The notes: a model not told the origin generated them from the sequence alone. A stretch of 64,000 nucleotides of DNA from Paraspadella gotoi (GCA_051294375.1 JBJCIZ010000046.1:10162-74161); one strand, 5' to 3'. Positions 36,705 to 49,576 are shown, numbered from the stretch's first letter. Made by a program: numbers and translations.

Positions 36705-36749
36705 GACGCCGATGAAGGCTTGTACAATTAAACCCGAAACATGTCCGTC
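36705..36749 (+). ncRNA. Minimal type I hammerhead ribozyme of Penelope type (variant core)
   Basis: GACG-CCGATGA-aggctt..aaaccc-GAAAC-AT-GTC-CGTC: helix I GACG/CGTC, palindromic helix III ACATGT, GUC cleavage triplet; core CCGAUGA instead of CUGAUGA. Confidence 0.65.
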
Positions 36750-38834
36750 TTACTAGTGCCTGAATCTAGATTCAGATTTTCAAAAAACTTTCAAAATATG
36801 ATCAGAACCATATTTAATGGAAATTAGATACACAGCCGGAAGGTCAAGTATGCTCCAAAGGTTAGTAATAAAAATCGAGTTACTCGAATATGCAATTGAG
36901 ATTAATGCGTCATCGTAAGGTTGAATATAAGGCAAAAAAGAGCATAAACATTTTAATAATAACAATTTTTTAAAAAAACAATTAATAAATATGTTTTAAT
37001 TTGTTTTGATAGTTCTGAGAGCTTATTTATTAAATGAATGGATAATTTTTATATTAGTTGTACCAATTTTATAAAATTCAGCTCCTTGTATTTTGATGCT
37101 GAGTGAAGTACAATAAAGTATTCCCCGATCTAATATTTAAGGGAGTGGTCTTTTCATACAATTGAAATATTTTTTGAAACATTATATCACTTCATTGATG
37201 GGAAGCCAGGTATTCTGGGAGTGAATAAACGAGACAGTGAAAGAGTTTTGATTGAAAGCTTGCAGGGACCTGTAAGAGTGATGGAGGCCTTAAACCACCA
37301 AAGTCTGTCCAAAATCAGGGGCAAGATAGCTCATTTATTAAATGAATGAATAATTTTTATATTGGTTGTACCAATTTCATATTATAAACACTTTTAATAG
37401 GGAAAAGTAATTGACTCTTTTTGACGAAAACTAACTTCTTCTTTTTCGATTTTTGTACCAATCGACTTTGTCGTCTTATAACTTTCGATTTTACTGGGAC
37501 TTGTACCAATCGCTTTATCATTTAATAAGCTTTATTTTATGTATCTATATCTTTGTAAAATTCAGCCATTTAATACGGTTTTTTTCGATGTAAAAAAGTG
37601 GGGTTTTTTTCGCCATAGTGTACAAGATAATGACAGAGCAGTTCCTTGCAAGCATTTAATCAAGACTCTTTCACACACTCGTTTATTCATTCCCACAATA
37701 TAATTTTGACATAATTGTATTTGCAAGTACAAAAAGTATATTTTTTGCCAAATACTTTGACTTATTTTTTAATATATTATCAGAGGTAAAAGAAATAACA
37801 AGAATAAAAGTTTTTTTCTGAAAACATATAAGAAATATAGAGAGAGACTAAGAGAGAGAGAGAGGGAGAGAGAGAGAGAGAAAGACACAGATTGAGCCAA
37901 AAGTATGATTTTTAGATATAGGCTAGAGCTCCCAGAAATACCATGCATAGGAGTCTACGTCGTTCTTAGAAATCGAGGAAGACTTTTTCAATGGAGATTT
38001 TCGCTAAAATCTGACTACCAAACAATGTAAACGCCCCTGGGAAAAATTCAAAGAAAAAATAGATGTAAAAACACTCGATTCCGATCCTGTTGCATCTGAA
38101 GGGCTCGCATTTTTTTTCTCTTGACAAATAATCATCATTTTGACATCAAACCATCAGATTCAAATAGATTGGTCCGCTCTGGAGAATATTTTTGACGCGA
38201 TTTTTATATATAAAATAAAGGGATTTCTCAACTTCAATACAATGTTAACGCATTTAATATATGTTGTGATTTTACCATAAACTTCGAATTCAGGAATCCA
38301 ATAACCATATGTCTGAAGGGCTCTCAAAATTTTTCTTTACATTTTATTTGGTTATTTTGATATGATATGATCATGGGAAAGTGAATTAGTACATTTTGGT
38401 GAAATTTTTATTTAAAGTAAAAGTAAAAGAGGAGCTAACGATCGGAATTCTAAGAGTTTTTAACCGAGAGTCAGATTCGGGAAAAATCTTCTATGGCGAA
38501 AATTTTCCAAAGAAGGGGTGGATTTTCCGAAGATTTTAGTTAATATTTTCTATATTTATGGTAGGATTTTTTTGAAACTTAATATTAACAATATTGCCAT
38601 CATTCTGGTATAAGAATATATTAAAAAAACCTCTGGCTTTGTTCGTCAGAGCTTAGTCCTACCATGCATTTTAGAAAGTTCCGGAAGTGGTTCGACGCAA
38701 AAACTAGCGTGGAAAATCCATAATGAGCGTCCAGAAAAAAATTTTTATTGTGATTTTCGTTTTCTCCACTAAATTTGGCACAAGAAACTTTGCAGGTATC
38801 AGGAACTTTCATAAATGTATGATATTTTGGGAGG

Positions 38835-39104
38835 TCTACTACAGGCGCCTCAACGCAGTCACAAAAGACAACCGCTTCCCCATCAAAAATTTGATGGATT
38901 TCAATGCACATGTCCCAGGCAAAACAATTTTTTCAAAAGTAGACCTTTGTAAAGGCTACCATCAAGTACCTGTAGCAGAGCAGGATATTTGCAAAACAGC
39001 CGTCATAACTCCTTTTGGCTCTTGGGAATTCCCGTTCACCCCATTTGGTCTCAAGAATGCAGGTCCTGATTTTCAAAGGATGATGGACGAAGCCTTCAAA
39101 GATG
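38835..39104 (+). pseudogene. Isolated inverted RT fragment of family C
   Basis: YRRLNAVTKDNRFPIKNLMDFNAHV...FQRMMDEAFKDV near-identical to 41780-42045 on the opposite strand. Confidence 0.9.
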
Positions 39105-39267
39105 TAGTAGTATATACTGGACAGTGAGATAGACATAACTTTAGTAGGGCGATTTTTGACCACAGTACTGGGTATTAGTGGCCGGAGTGAGGGGGGGTGG
39201 TGGGTATAGTAGTAAGTATTAGTGTCCGGAGAGCAAGGGGGTGTGTAGCGGCGTGGAGTGAGGATTT

Positions 39268-39735
39268 GGAAATTCTCCTTGACCGAGTTTCGAATTTTGG
39301 GGTAAAAACTTCGCGCTAGACTCCGCTGGCAACAAAAAATTCGTGGAGAAAAGTGGGAGAAAAAATTTGTGGAAAAAGAGTAAAGTTATACAAGTTATAC
39401 AAGTTATTTCTTTAGTTTCTTTATGTGGTCTGAGAGAGAGAGAGAGAGAGAAAATATATATATAAGTTTTATCTTATTTGTTATATGAAATTCTCCTTGA
39501 CCACTTTGTAAATTCGTCGGCCAAAACTTCACTCTTCACTCCGCTGGCAACGAAAAATTTGTGGAGAAAATTGTGAGAAAAAATTTGTAGAAAAGAGAAA
39601 AAGAGAAAGAGAAAAAAAAATATAAGTTTTATTTTTATTTGTTATATGAAATTCTCCTTGACCACTTTGTAAATTCGTCGGCCAAAACTTCACTCTTCAC
39701 TCCGCTGGCAACGAAAAATTCGTGGAGAAAAACCA
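39268..39735. repeat. Tandem minisatellite, three units of about 160-220 bp
   Basis: gaaattctccttgacc...ctccgctggcaac.aaaaatt.gtggagaaaa repeated near 39268, 39487 and 39647. Confidence 0.85.
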
Positions 39736-40374
39736 TGGAAATTTTAGGAAAAAGGGGATTCTCAAAGTAGACGAATTTTAAAATTTGCGGGCAAAAAGTG
39801 GTTGTTATTCTGCACAGCTGGTCCCAATCCTTTTATACTCGCCGAGACAAAGAATCACTCGATCCTCGAGACTTCAAAATTTTGCTACTCTCTAATTGGT
39901 CCAGAAGTTCTCAATACACTCTCCTCATTGCCCAGAAAATTTAGAGATCTTCCCCTTTCTCATCATCATCATCCTTCTTTCCGAGGCTCGGGACAGATGT
40001 TTTCCTGGTGACCAATTCTTCTTTCTCGACGAGAGAGAGAGAGAGAGACGGAGAGAGAGAGATGGAGATAGTAAGTCGAAGAAAATACACATTCATAGTT
40101 GATTTTAAAACTATTTTATTTAAATTTTCACGGAACATTTCGAAGGTCTTTGAAAATTTGTATTTTCCTGTGAAAATTTGTATTTTTTGTGTGAGAATTT
40201 AGTCAGATATTTTTTTTTTCAAATTTTCTATGCAATAGTTTTTACTTAATTTGTATTAATTTTTGTAAATATTCAGACAGAAAACCAATTTTTCCTAATT
40301 CTTTCATAAAAATTTCTAAGGCTTGCTGAGAATTTAAAAAATTCCGTGAGAATTTGTCAAATTATGAGAATTTT

Positions 40375-41485
40375 TTCTCTTGTCCTCGGCCGGGGATGTC
40401 CACTGTGAAGGTCTTGTCATCTCTTAAGACTACTTTGTAAGGGCCCAAGTAGGGCATAGCTAGCGAGTGGCCCTGTTGGCCGCGGAGCACAAAAACCCAG
40501 TTTGCTGAGGCAAGACTGTGAGGAAGATGAACAGGTGGGTTTGAGTGCCAATTAGGAACTACTGGTCTGAACAATGCAACGTCGTGTCTCAAGTTTTGCA
40601 GCTCGTTTTGGGCATTTGCCTGGGATTGCTATTGTATCTCCGAATACAAGTTTTGCAGGTGATGCTTGTAGGTCTTCTTTTGGTGCGGACCTGAGTCCTA
40701 ATAAGACCCAGGGTAGTTGATTGAACCAGTTTGCGCCGGACGCATCACAACGCGCTTTCAATGATGCCTTCATGGTACGGTGAAACCGTTCGACTATCCC
40801 GTTCGCCTGTGGGTGGTAAGCTGTGGTGGTGTTGAGCTTGTAGCCTATAGCTTGGATCAGCTGATGCCACAATTCAGAAGTGAATTGTGTTCCACGGTCG
40901 GAAGTGACCGTGGCTGGTACACCGAATCTGGCGATCCAGTTCTGAAGGAAGGCTGTTGCTACGGTTACTGCGGAGATATCCCGAAGGGGATATGCTTCAG
41001 GCCAACGAGAAAAACGGTCTACACAGGTTAAAAGGTACGTGTAACCGCCTGAGGTGGGCAAGGGACCCACCAATTCAATGTGAATGTGTTCGAAACTCCT
41101 CAATGGTGCTTCGAAAGGTTGTAGTGGAGCCTGGGTGTGTCGTTGTACCTTGCTGCGCTGGCAGTCAAGGCAGGCCTGAGCCCATTTTGCCACGTCTGAC
41201 GCGGCTTTTGGCCAAACAAATCTTTTTGTTACCAGCTTTTTTGTGCATCTGACACTCGGGTGAGCTAGGTTGTGGATGGCATCATAAACTCGACGGCGCC
41301 AAGTTGTGGGAACCAAGGGGCGCGCCCTGCCTGAACTGATATCGCAGATGATGTCAAAGTCATTCAGGCGAACTATCTTGAATCGCAGGCTGGTGTGGGC
41401 GTCCGCCAGGAGTCGCTGGATCTCCTTGTCGGATCTTTGGTCGCCGGCTAAGGCAGCAAAATCGACGCCTTGGGGGCCAACTGCA
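40375..41485 (-). CDS. Family C integrase
   Basis: HNLAHP...CLDC, HIHIELVGPL (D to E change), TSDRGTQF, YHPQANGIVER. Confidence 0.95.
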
Positions 41486-41489
41486 TTGA

Positions 41490-42437
41490 CCGTTGGTAGT
41501 AGTTGAGCATGCCCAAGTATCTTTGAACCTCTTTGACTGATGTTGGCTGTGGGAATTGTTTGATGTGTTCGACTTTTGTGTCCAATGGCCTGACGCCTGT
41601 TGCGTCTACCTGGTAACCAAGAAAGTCGAGTGATGGTACGCCCAGTACGCATTTTGCCCTGTTCACTACTAAACCATTTGCTTGCAGGGTGTCAAACAGT
41701 AGTGTGAGATCTTGCATGTGTTCTTCTTTGTTGCTTGAGGCGACCAGGATGTCATCTAGATATACAAAGATGTGTGGTACATCTTTGAGGGCTTCGTCCA
41801 TCATCCTTTGAAAATCAGGACCTGCATTCTTGAGGCCAAATGGTGTGAATGGGAATTCCCAAGAGCCAAAGGGAGTGATGACGGCTGTCTTGCAAATATC
41901 CTGCTCTGCTACAGGTACTTGATGGTAGCCTTTACAAAGATCTACTTTTGAAAAAATTGTTTTGCCTGCGACATGGGCATTGAAATCCATCAAATTTTTG
42001 ATGGGGTAGCGGTTGTCTTTTGTGACTGCGTTGAGGCGCCTGTAGTCGCCGCAACATCTGAGTGAGCCATCAGGTTTTTTGACCACATGTAGTGGTGATG
42101 CCCAAGCACTCTTGCTCTTCCTTATAATGCCCAGCTTCTCCATTTTTGCAAATTCTTCTTTGGCTGCTTTGAGTTTGTCAGGCGCAAGTCGGCGTGCTTG
42201 GGAATGGACAGGCGGACCCTCGGTTGGAATGTGGTGTTCTACACCATGCTTGGTCTTCGAAGGGTCAAATCTGAGTTGTGTGAGTTCTGGGCGTTCGTCA
42301 ATCAATTTGAAATAGGCATTATTGACTGTATTGACTCTGAAAGGCCTGTCCAGATAAGATTTGCCTGTGATTGTTGAAAAATCGTCAAGATCGACGAGTA
42401 GGCCGAGCTTGTGGTCGGCGGCTAAATGATGCTCCAT
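41490..42437 (-). CDS. Family C reverse transcriptase
   Basis: WASPLHVVKK, DYRRLN, DLCKGYHQ, PFGLKNA, YLDDILV. Confidence 0.97.
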
Positions 42438-42439
42438 CA

Positions 42440-42690
42440 GAAAATCAGCTCCAAGGATAGGGGTCGTAACGTCAGCAAGTACAGTTGTTAGTGTGTATGT
42501 GCGTCTTCCTAGTCTGATAGTGATTTGTTTGGTGTCGTAGGAAGAGATTGCAGACCCGTTTGCAGCAGGAAGTTGAGGCGCGGAGCCACCGCGGAGCTTT
42601 TCTGATGGAAGGTGCCATCAAAGTGACGCTTGCACCACGTTCCACAAGCCATGTCATGTTGTATGTTGTTCATACACGTGCAGTAAGGGT
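42440..42690 (-). CDS. Family C aspartic protease (degenerate)
   Basis: WLVERGASVTL (mutated DTGA), AANGSAI, ADVTTPILGADFL. Confidence 0.75.
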
Positions 42691-42739
42691 TCTATACTAA
42701 CAGCAGCGGCGTTTACTGCCTCCGGCTGCTGGCTTGGCC

Positions 42740-43700
42740 GTTTCCCCGCTTGCATCCTGGGTAGCATTTGATGCTGGTCTCAAATGTCCTGTGATAGAAA
42801 CAAGTCCGTACGAGATCAGGAGAGGAGTTAAAGGCATTTGAGGCTGGTCCGTGGTTTAGTTAGGGCATGCTGGCTGCCTGGGGCGCAGTTGGCCACGCGT
42901 GGAGGTCGCGGCACACACGTTGGCGTATGTGCGTGGAGCCTTATCTTCTGTGGAAGATGTATCATCCGCCAATTTGGGCGCATAATCCTCTGTCTCCGAG
43001 TCCGATAGGTCGTCCTCAAAGATGCCCCATCTGTTGGAGGTGTCGAGGTAATTGACGACTTTTCCAACTGGTTTTGAGACGATCTGAAGATCGCCTTGGG
43101 TGGAATAAAATGTGTCGGCCTTTTTGGCGATCGCCTCCGGCGTCTCGTCCCCGTCACTAACTACCCTTCCAGCCACATGGGCCGGGAGGACCTCGGCAAG
43201 GATCGCGTTGAGGATGTGGTCGATCTTGAGGGATTCGACCTCTGCACGCAGTGCGGCCACAAACTGCAGGGAGTGCGTCCTTGGAGGAGTGATGTCCTAG
43301 GAGCCTTTGCGCCTTTTGCCGGGGCTTTTCGGCAAACAACTCGTTAAGCTGTTTTTTCAGAGTTTGGTAACAGCCGGACACAGGGTGATCATCGGTATAA
43401 AAACCTCTGATCAGTACCTGATGCTCCTGCGGAATCGCACTGAGAAGGTACAGCTTTTTGAGTTGTTCGTCATGAACTGAAGCGAGGCGGAAACTCCCCT
43501 TGACTGCAGCAAGCCAGGCTCGGATGTTGCTGACATCGAAAAGGCGCAACTTTGGCGTCTTCGAACGGCTGGTGGCTTGCGTCTCCAGATCCATCGGGGT
43601 TTGCGTGAGGGAGGAGGCTCCCATCGGCTGACGTCTCCTGGATGAGCTTGACCTGCATATTGACACATACGTTGGCCGATGGTACCTGTCGGCCTTGGTG
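42740..43700 (-). CDS. gag: Family C Gag (frameshifted) with CHCC finger
   Basis: CFYHRTFETSIKCYPGC at about 42750-42803; N-terminal domain KLRLF...AW...F.L characteristic of this clade. Confidence 0.85.
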
Positions 43701-44783
43701 CTTCCTGTAGTGACCGCTGAGCTTCCACTAGCTTTTGGATTTCTCTTGTGAGGTGTTGGATAGAGCTTATGATGCTTTCATTTACTCTGCCTTGTTTTGC
43801 TTCCACTCCTTGATCCGGTTGCTGAACGACGTCAATAACCCATTTGATGACCCTTGTGCGGTCGCACTTGATCCGACATTGGGTCGAGGGGGTGTGGCCA
43901 GGACTTTGGGCCTGGTCTGTGCCGGGTCGCCGCGCGGTGTCTGAAATGCGGCGTTGTCGAACTGCTCTGGTGATGGTGGCGCTGATGAAACCGGGGTGGC
44001 GGTGGAGATGGTGATAGGGGTGGTGGGGTGGCGTCCTCCATACGGCGTCGCTTGAGGTTCCCGCAGAAGGTGAGGTCGAGGCGCGGCGTCCTCCACGTCC
44101 AGCAGGGGCTTCCATGTCCAACAGGTGTTCATGATGGTTGTGTAGAATGTTGGCTAAAAATTTGGCTGTAAAAAATACTAATTCTGTGCCAAACAGAAAG
44201 ATCAAAAATTTTTCAATCTTTTTAATCAAGAGAAAAATCCGAAAGAAAAATTTTCGCGTAATCGTTTATAGAATTAGAGCTAGCAAAATTCTCTGATGAA
44301 AATTGTTTAATACGGCGCGGTAAAATGAAAAACGCGTTGGCGAGACAGTTTTTTACATTACCGTAGGTTAAGTTTAATGAAAGTTTATTTAAACTTAGAG
44401 CTAATTTTTAAATTTTCTAAAATAAAAAAGGATAAAAATCGATTAGGGTTAGTATCGAATTTCAAAATTAAAACAAATACAAAATCGTTGAGCTTTGATG
44501 CAGTAATCCGGGTAGGTGATGCAAAATGTTGGACGTTGGAAAAACGAAATGTAGGACGCGCGCGACTGAGAACAAATAGAAATTGCGAAAATTTTTGAAG
44601 TTTTTAAAATTTTTGAAGAAAAATGCGTTGATCGCGAAATAGGCCGTGAAACTGAGTGAATCTTTTTCACTAATTAAACCTCCTATTTAATGACTGATGA
44701 ATAAAATAATCGATCAATCACTTGATCAATCAAATCATAAATCAATTGAAAAAAAAAAGATTCAGAAGGTTACTTATCTTTTA

Positions 44784-44796
44784 GTCGGGATCACCA
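44784..44796 (-). promoter_or_regulatory. Primer binding site, tRNA-Trp-like
   Basis: TGGTGATCCCGAC one base after the LTR end ACA. Confidence 0.85.
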
Positions 44797-44797
44797 A

Positions 44798-45140
44798 TGT
44801 CGAAGACGAAGAATGTAATAATAAATATATATGCGATTTTATTCGAATACAATGAGGTTGATTCAGTACAATCATCATCAACAAACAAACAAACAAGAAG
44901 AGAGAGTGAAGAATTGTGACGATGTAAGAGAAGTAGAAAAGAAGTGAGACTAGCTATCTCCTGATCCACTTTTATCATCGCCCGGACCAACTTGACCTTA
45001 CGGTCGCCTCGGCCCTATTATTGTGTCCGGTCAATCTAAGGTCATTGCCAAAGCTAGGGCAAAGTGACCGTGTGGAATAGACCGGCTCGAAGAAAGAGGA
45101 GAGAGGAAGGGTTTAGAGAGAGAGACCGGTGGTAAGTCGC
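44798..45140 (-). repeat. 5' LTR of family C (outer end not identifiable)
   Basis: Ends ..CGACA next to PBS; AATAAA near 44840; abuts family A sequence at 45141. Confidence 0.7.
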
Positions 45141-45821
45141 TTCAATGTTTATATTGATACTAAATCTGCACGAATCCGCGAGTTGGAAGATTTTGCGGGT
45201 GACGACGTTTTTCGTTCAAAAAAGTTAAATGAATTGGGCGACGATAAAGAACAAGTTGAAGATGCTGGTTTGAAAAACGTAAGATTAAAATTAAATGGAG
45301 ATTTCTCGGAAGTAAAAGCAGCTGATTCTGCTGCGTCGCAGCGTCGTGATGTTTCAACGGACAGAGCAAGGATCGGGAGTCTGGCGAAAACAAAAGACGC
45401 GGCTCGTAATCGGTATGAGTTGAGGCCTCGAAAACATGTTAATTATAAAATCTAAAATTTTCTTGTCTCATTATTCATTTGTTTCTTTAATTCATTCATT
45501 CATTCTCTCATTTAATCAATTGTCCATCTCATCTCATCGTGATTTGGCTTGTTTGTTTTTAGTTGTTTGTTTTGTCCGCTAGCAAACTTTTAATATTTTT
45601 GTAAAATACCTAAACTTTTGCTGGGGGCCATGATAGAGGTTAATTTATTAGATTAGCAAACTATGTTTGATGACATAAAACGAAAATAAACATACTAACT
45701 ATATATGTGTATGTTTTGAAGCATACAAACAAATAAACATGCTAACTAAATATGTATGTTTTGGAACATACAAACAAAAATAAACTATCTAAACTGGAAA
45801 AAAGAAAAAAAACATGCTTCA

Positions 45822-47290
45822 TTAAGTGACATTGAGTTCGACGGCGACAAGGAGATCGGCGACGACATGGACGACATCGGCGTCGGTTTGGTCGTCGTCG
45901 TCGTAGTCGCAAGGTAGGCGACGAAAGTCGATGAGGATCGGGAGCCCGTCCCCATCGATGATATGGTGAAATTCATACTGGAAAAGTAAAGACAAAAAAA
46001 ATTTGTACTGAAAAACAGAATTAAAATTTAATATTAAAGTCGGAAAACTCTGATTGGGCGACTTTGATATAGATTCACTTACGCTCGCAACGTCAGAAGT
46101 AGGCGAGGGCGGCATCAGTGGCGATGGCGGCGGCGAAGGCGTAGTGGAGCGAGACCGTCATTGGCAATGGCTGCTGCTGCGATTGCTGCTTCTGCGGCTG
46201 TAGCGCCTCTTGCGGTCGAGGTGGCGTCCGAGACGGCGACGTAGGAATAGTTTGTAGACTGGAATATTAATTGCGGTTATATAAATATATAAAAGGAATC
46301 AAAATTCTTAGTATTATATTTTAATAAAAAGGACAGAAAACCGGACTTTTTATTTAAAACTAACAGAATCAGAGCATCATCAGAATGAGGATGACGACGA
46401 CGATTGCCAGGGAGATGCCGGCCAACGAAAATGACGCTGGAGCGACGACGCCAGCCATAGTGGGCCTTGCTGCCCTTGTTAGCAGAATGGGCGTCGTTGT
46501 TATTCTTGTTGTTGTTGTTGTCGACGTGGCCCTTGTTGGCAGAAAAAATTTTGGCGACAATTTCGTCGTCGTCGTCGTCAACGTTTTCGTCACGGATGGA
46601 ATTGACGTTGATACCGAGACATTTGTTGTCGTGGTAGTAGTTGTCGTTTCACTGATTGGAAAATCAACAATGAAGGCGTTAAAGTTAAGTAAACTGGTTG
46701 GTTGTAAACCATTTACAAAATATTGCCCGAAAATGAAAATGTGCGCTCTAGAAAATCGAAATTGAAGAGAGAAGAGGTATCGACCTTGATTGATTTTTTC
46801 CAGTGGTTGTCTCCACATTCATCGAGTCGACAATGGACCCTGAGCGGGACGATGGGCCCTTTGGATGACGCGTTGGGAGGCGTACGGAGCCTTGCGTCGG
46901 CGTTGCCATGGTACGCCCCCGACCGCTAAGTTGGTTAATGAGGCGGGCGTTGCCATTGGTGGGCGTCGTAAGATCTGACATCGGATTAGGAAGGCGAAAT
47001 TTGGGTGAGACAGCGTCAGACATTGTGCACGTTAGTACAGACCCTGGTGTTCAGGCTCGGCCAACATCACTGTGGCGATGAAAGTTGCGTCGCCCGTACG
47101 AACCAGAGTGCAAGTTGGATGTGTGACCGGACTGAAACTGAGATGGTGCTGGTGCACAAGGCAAAAGTCTTATGTAGCTACTCTGGTACAAGGTGAGCCC
47201 TGGAGCGAATTCACTCAGTGCTTGGCGTTTGCGGTCATTGGAAGCGGCGAAATCTCCGTGTGTACAATTTTAGATTTGGAATTTTGACGG
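45822..47290 (-). CDS. Antisense accessory gene, copy A3 (CGA to TGA stop at end of TM exon)
   Basis: Exons 45822-45977 and 46083-46258 (176 nt, same as A1), TM exon ending 46365; splice dinucleotides conserved. Confidence 0.75.
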
Positions 47291-47860
47291 AAAATATTTT
47301 TTGAGGGAAAAAATATTGTTGCAACTTACAAAGTTTGATTATTATTAAAAAAATATATAAAATAATAATACTAGAAATTTGGTGGAAAGAAGTTACTTAC
47401 TTTTTGTGTTGGGCACCATTTTCGTCGTTGATCACTTGTGAGAGTGGATCAGTTTGTGGCTGGGAGGAAAACCAAGTGAAGCCCGCTTTGCTAGTGACCT
47501 TAACTTACCTAACCTTTGTTTTCTTTAGCCGAGGCCGACGGTGGTCAGAGATTTCGTTCTGTGACGCGGTGAAAAAAGTTGTCGACAAACATTGAAAAAA
47601 TAAAAATAAATAAAAAACGAAATATTTCGTTGTTGGGTTTTTAAGCAGAGAGCTGGTGATTTGAGGGGGAACAAAAGCCTGGGGGCCAGGTTAGCTGAGT
47701 TCAGAATCTATTGTTAAGTTGAGGGAGAAGAAGAGCCCGTCTGTGGATGAAGTAATGAAATTTAGTTAGTTTCCTAAGTTGTTCTGAAACGATGAGTGTT
47801 GTTAGTGAAACAATAGCATCGTGTACGATTTTAGGATAGAACGTTTTGTTTTTTTCACAG

Positions 47861-49476
47861 ATCGTCAAGTACATAGTCATGTTAGCGTCGCTCATGGGCG
47901 TTGGCGTGGCACGAATCCGTCATCTTCCTGGACGGAGTTGCCGTGGGATCGCGACCAGTGGCCAATCCCTTGGTGTAGATGGCACTGATGGGTTTCTGAT
48001 TGCAATTAATTTATTACCTTCCTTTTATCTGATTATATTGTACATTATAAAAATGGCGGGGACAATGATGGGGCTGCCTGCATGTCGAGGTTAGAAAAGG
48101 GACTGAACAGCACATTTGCTGACTTACATAGTGAGCTTTACAGTACAGTAATGAATTGAAGAGACACGTTATTACCTGAAAAATTTTGACAAATTGGAAA
48201 AGAGAGCATATCGGCGGGAGTTTTGCGCTTCTTTTGGGGATTGCAAATGCTTTTGCCACGGGTATTCATGTGGTTAATTCTAACATTCAATATAACCATC
48301 TTGAACATAGGCTAAATTTAATTGGCAACTTTGTTGAAAAAGTTTTTTCAAATCAGGTTCAACTGAATGAAAATTAAACTTCTGTCAGACAGTCAGGACA
48401 TGTTTGGGGTGCATGTGAATCTTATGGAAGGCATGTCAATCATCTTAAGGTATTACACTCTTGTGATGTACTTGAGGTTGGCGCTCATGTAATAGCGGGA
48501 AGGCTTGTTTCTGATGGTTCGCGATAAAGAGTGCTGTGTATGGACGTATTGACGCATGAGCTACTTGACTATGACCATTTACGGGATTTGACTACGAATG
48601 ATGTTTTGCAGGAAACTATCTTTCAGGTTAGCCCAAGCATGTTATATGATTACGCTAGGATTGACATGATTTCTTATGCTGACGGTAATTTATTATTATT
48701 GTGTAATTTTCCTAGAATAACTAAAGAATATGTTTTTAATGTTTTTCAATTGCTGCAAAGCCCTGTTGAAATACAGTTTGAAGAAAGTAATGACGGAAGA
48801 GTTTTTTAATTCTTGACAACTAAAGATGTTTCTCTAGATGATTTAACTACAGGGAATGTTACATTTTATTCATCTTCAAGCTGTATAACGAATAACCGAA
48901 GTTAGAGCTTGCCCAGGTGGGCCATCTGTTATTAACATATGTTCAGTATTTTTACATTCGTTACTTATGAAATGAGGGCCTGCAGCAGTGAATTGTCATG
49001 TTAAACATATAAGCTTGATGAAAAGGTTATTCTATAAATGTTCATGGGGAGTCATGCTGTATTAGATTTTGAATATTTGTTTAACTGATTTAATACAACT
49101 GATTTCCTGTCATTCATGAAATTGTCTATTCAGAAATACAGATCATCACTCATGTGTTTTTTTGACCCCTGATCCCAATGTTTCATTGTTGTCTGAATCT
49201 GAAGGTATTATACATTGTTTTCTCCTATGCCTATGTTACTTATGATCATCCGAAATTGAATGTTATTTTGAATTTTTCACATATTGTAAATTTATCTTTG
49301 CCAACTTGATTCGTCTCATGTTTTTAAACCAATTGTGTTTCCGGATACCAAAATTTTTCATAAATTCGAAGAACGGAACTGGTTATATGGTAATTTCATT
49401 GTTTGTCATTATTGGGTTTCTCTTCATTGTCGTTGCTTATCTTGTTTATTACGTTAAATTAGAACTATTCGTGTGA
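47861..49476 (+). CDS. env: Env, class I fusion glycoprotein-like (frameshifted)
   Basis: TTTTTTTCACAG acceptor, hydrophobic leader YIVMLASLMGVGVA, basic site NWKR, fusion peptide IGGSFALLLGIANAFATG, heptad repeat, C-terminal TM GYMVISLFVIIGFLFIVVAYLVYY. Confidence 0.85.
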
Positions 49477-49576
49477 GAGTCGGAAGTATCCTACTGGTGT
49501 TTGAGTGCCATTTTATAGGGGCCATATAATTTGAAATGGATAAATATGAAATATGGTTTAATGAAAAGATTTAGGC

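Larger units (their letters stand above)
40375..45140 (-). mobile_element. Gypsy family C, CsRn1/Kabuki-like element, RNase H deleted, 3' truncated
   Basis: tRNA-Trp PBS, Gag with KLRLFDVSNIRAWLAAVKGSFRL and CHCC motif, YLDD RT, integrase with PYLGPYKVV. Confidence 0.92.

Noticed and set aside
36780-37330. LINE endonuclease fragment (SDHIL)
   Set aside because: A single short motif with no other endonuclease or RT motifs nearby.
39268-39735. CRISPR-like array
   Set aside because: Long degenerate units without unique spacers, eukaryotic context, no cas genes.
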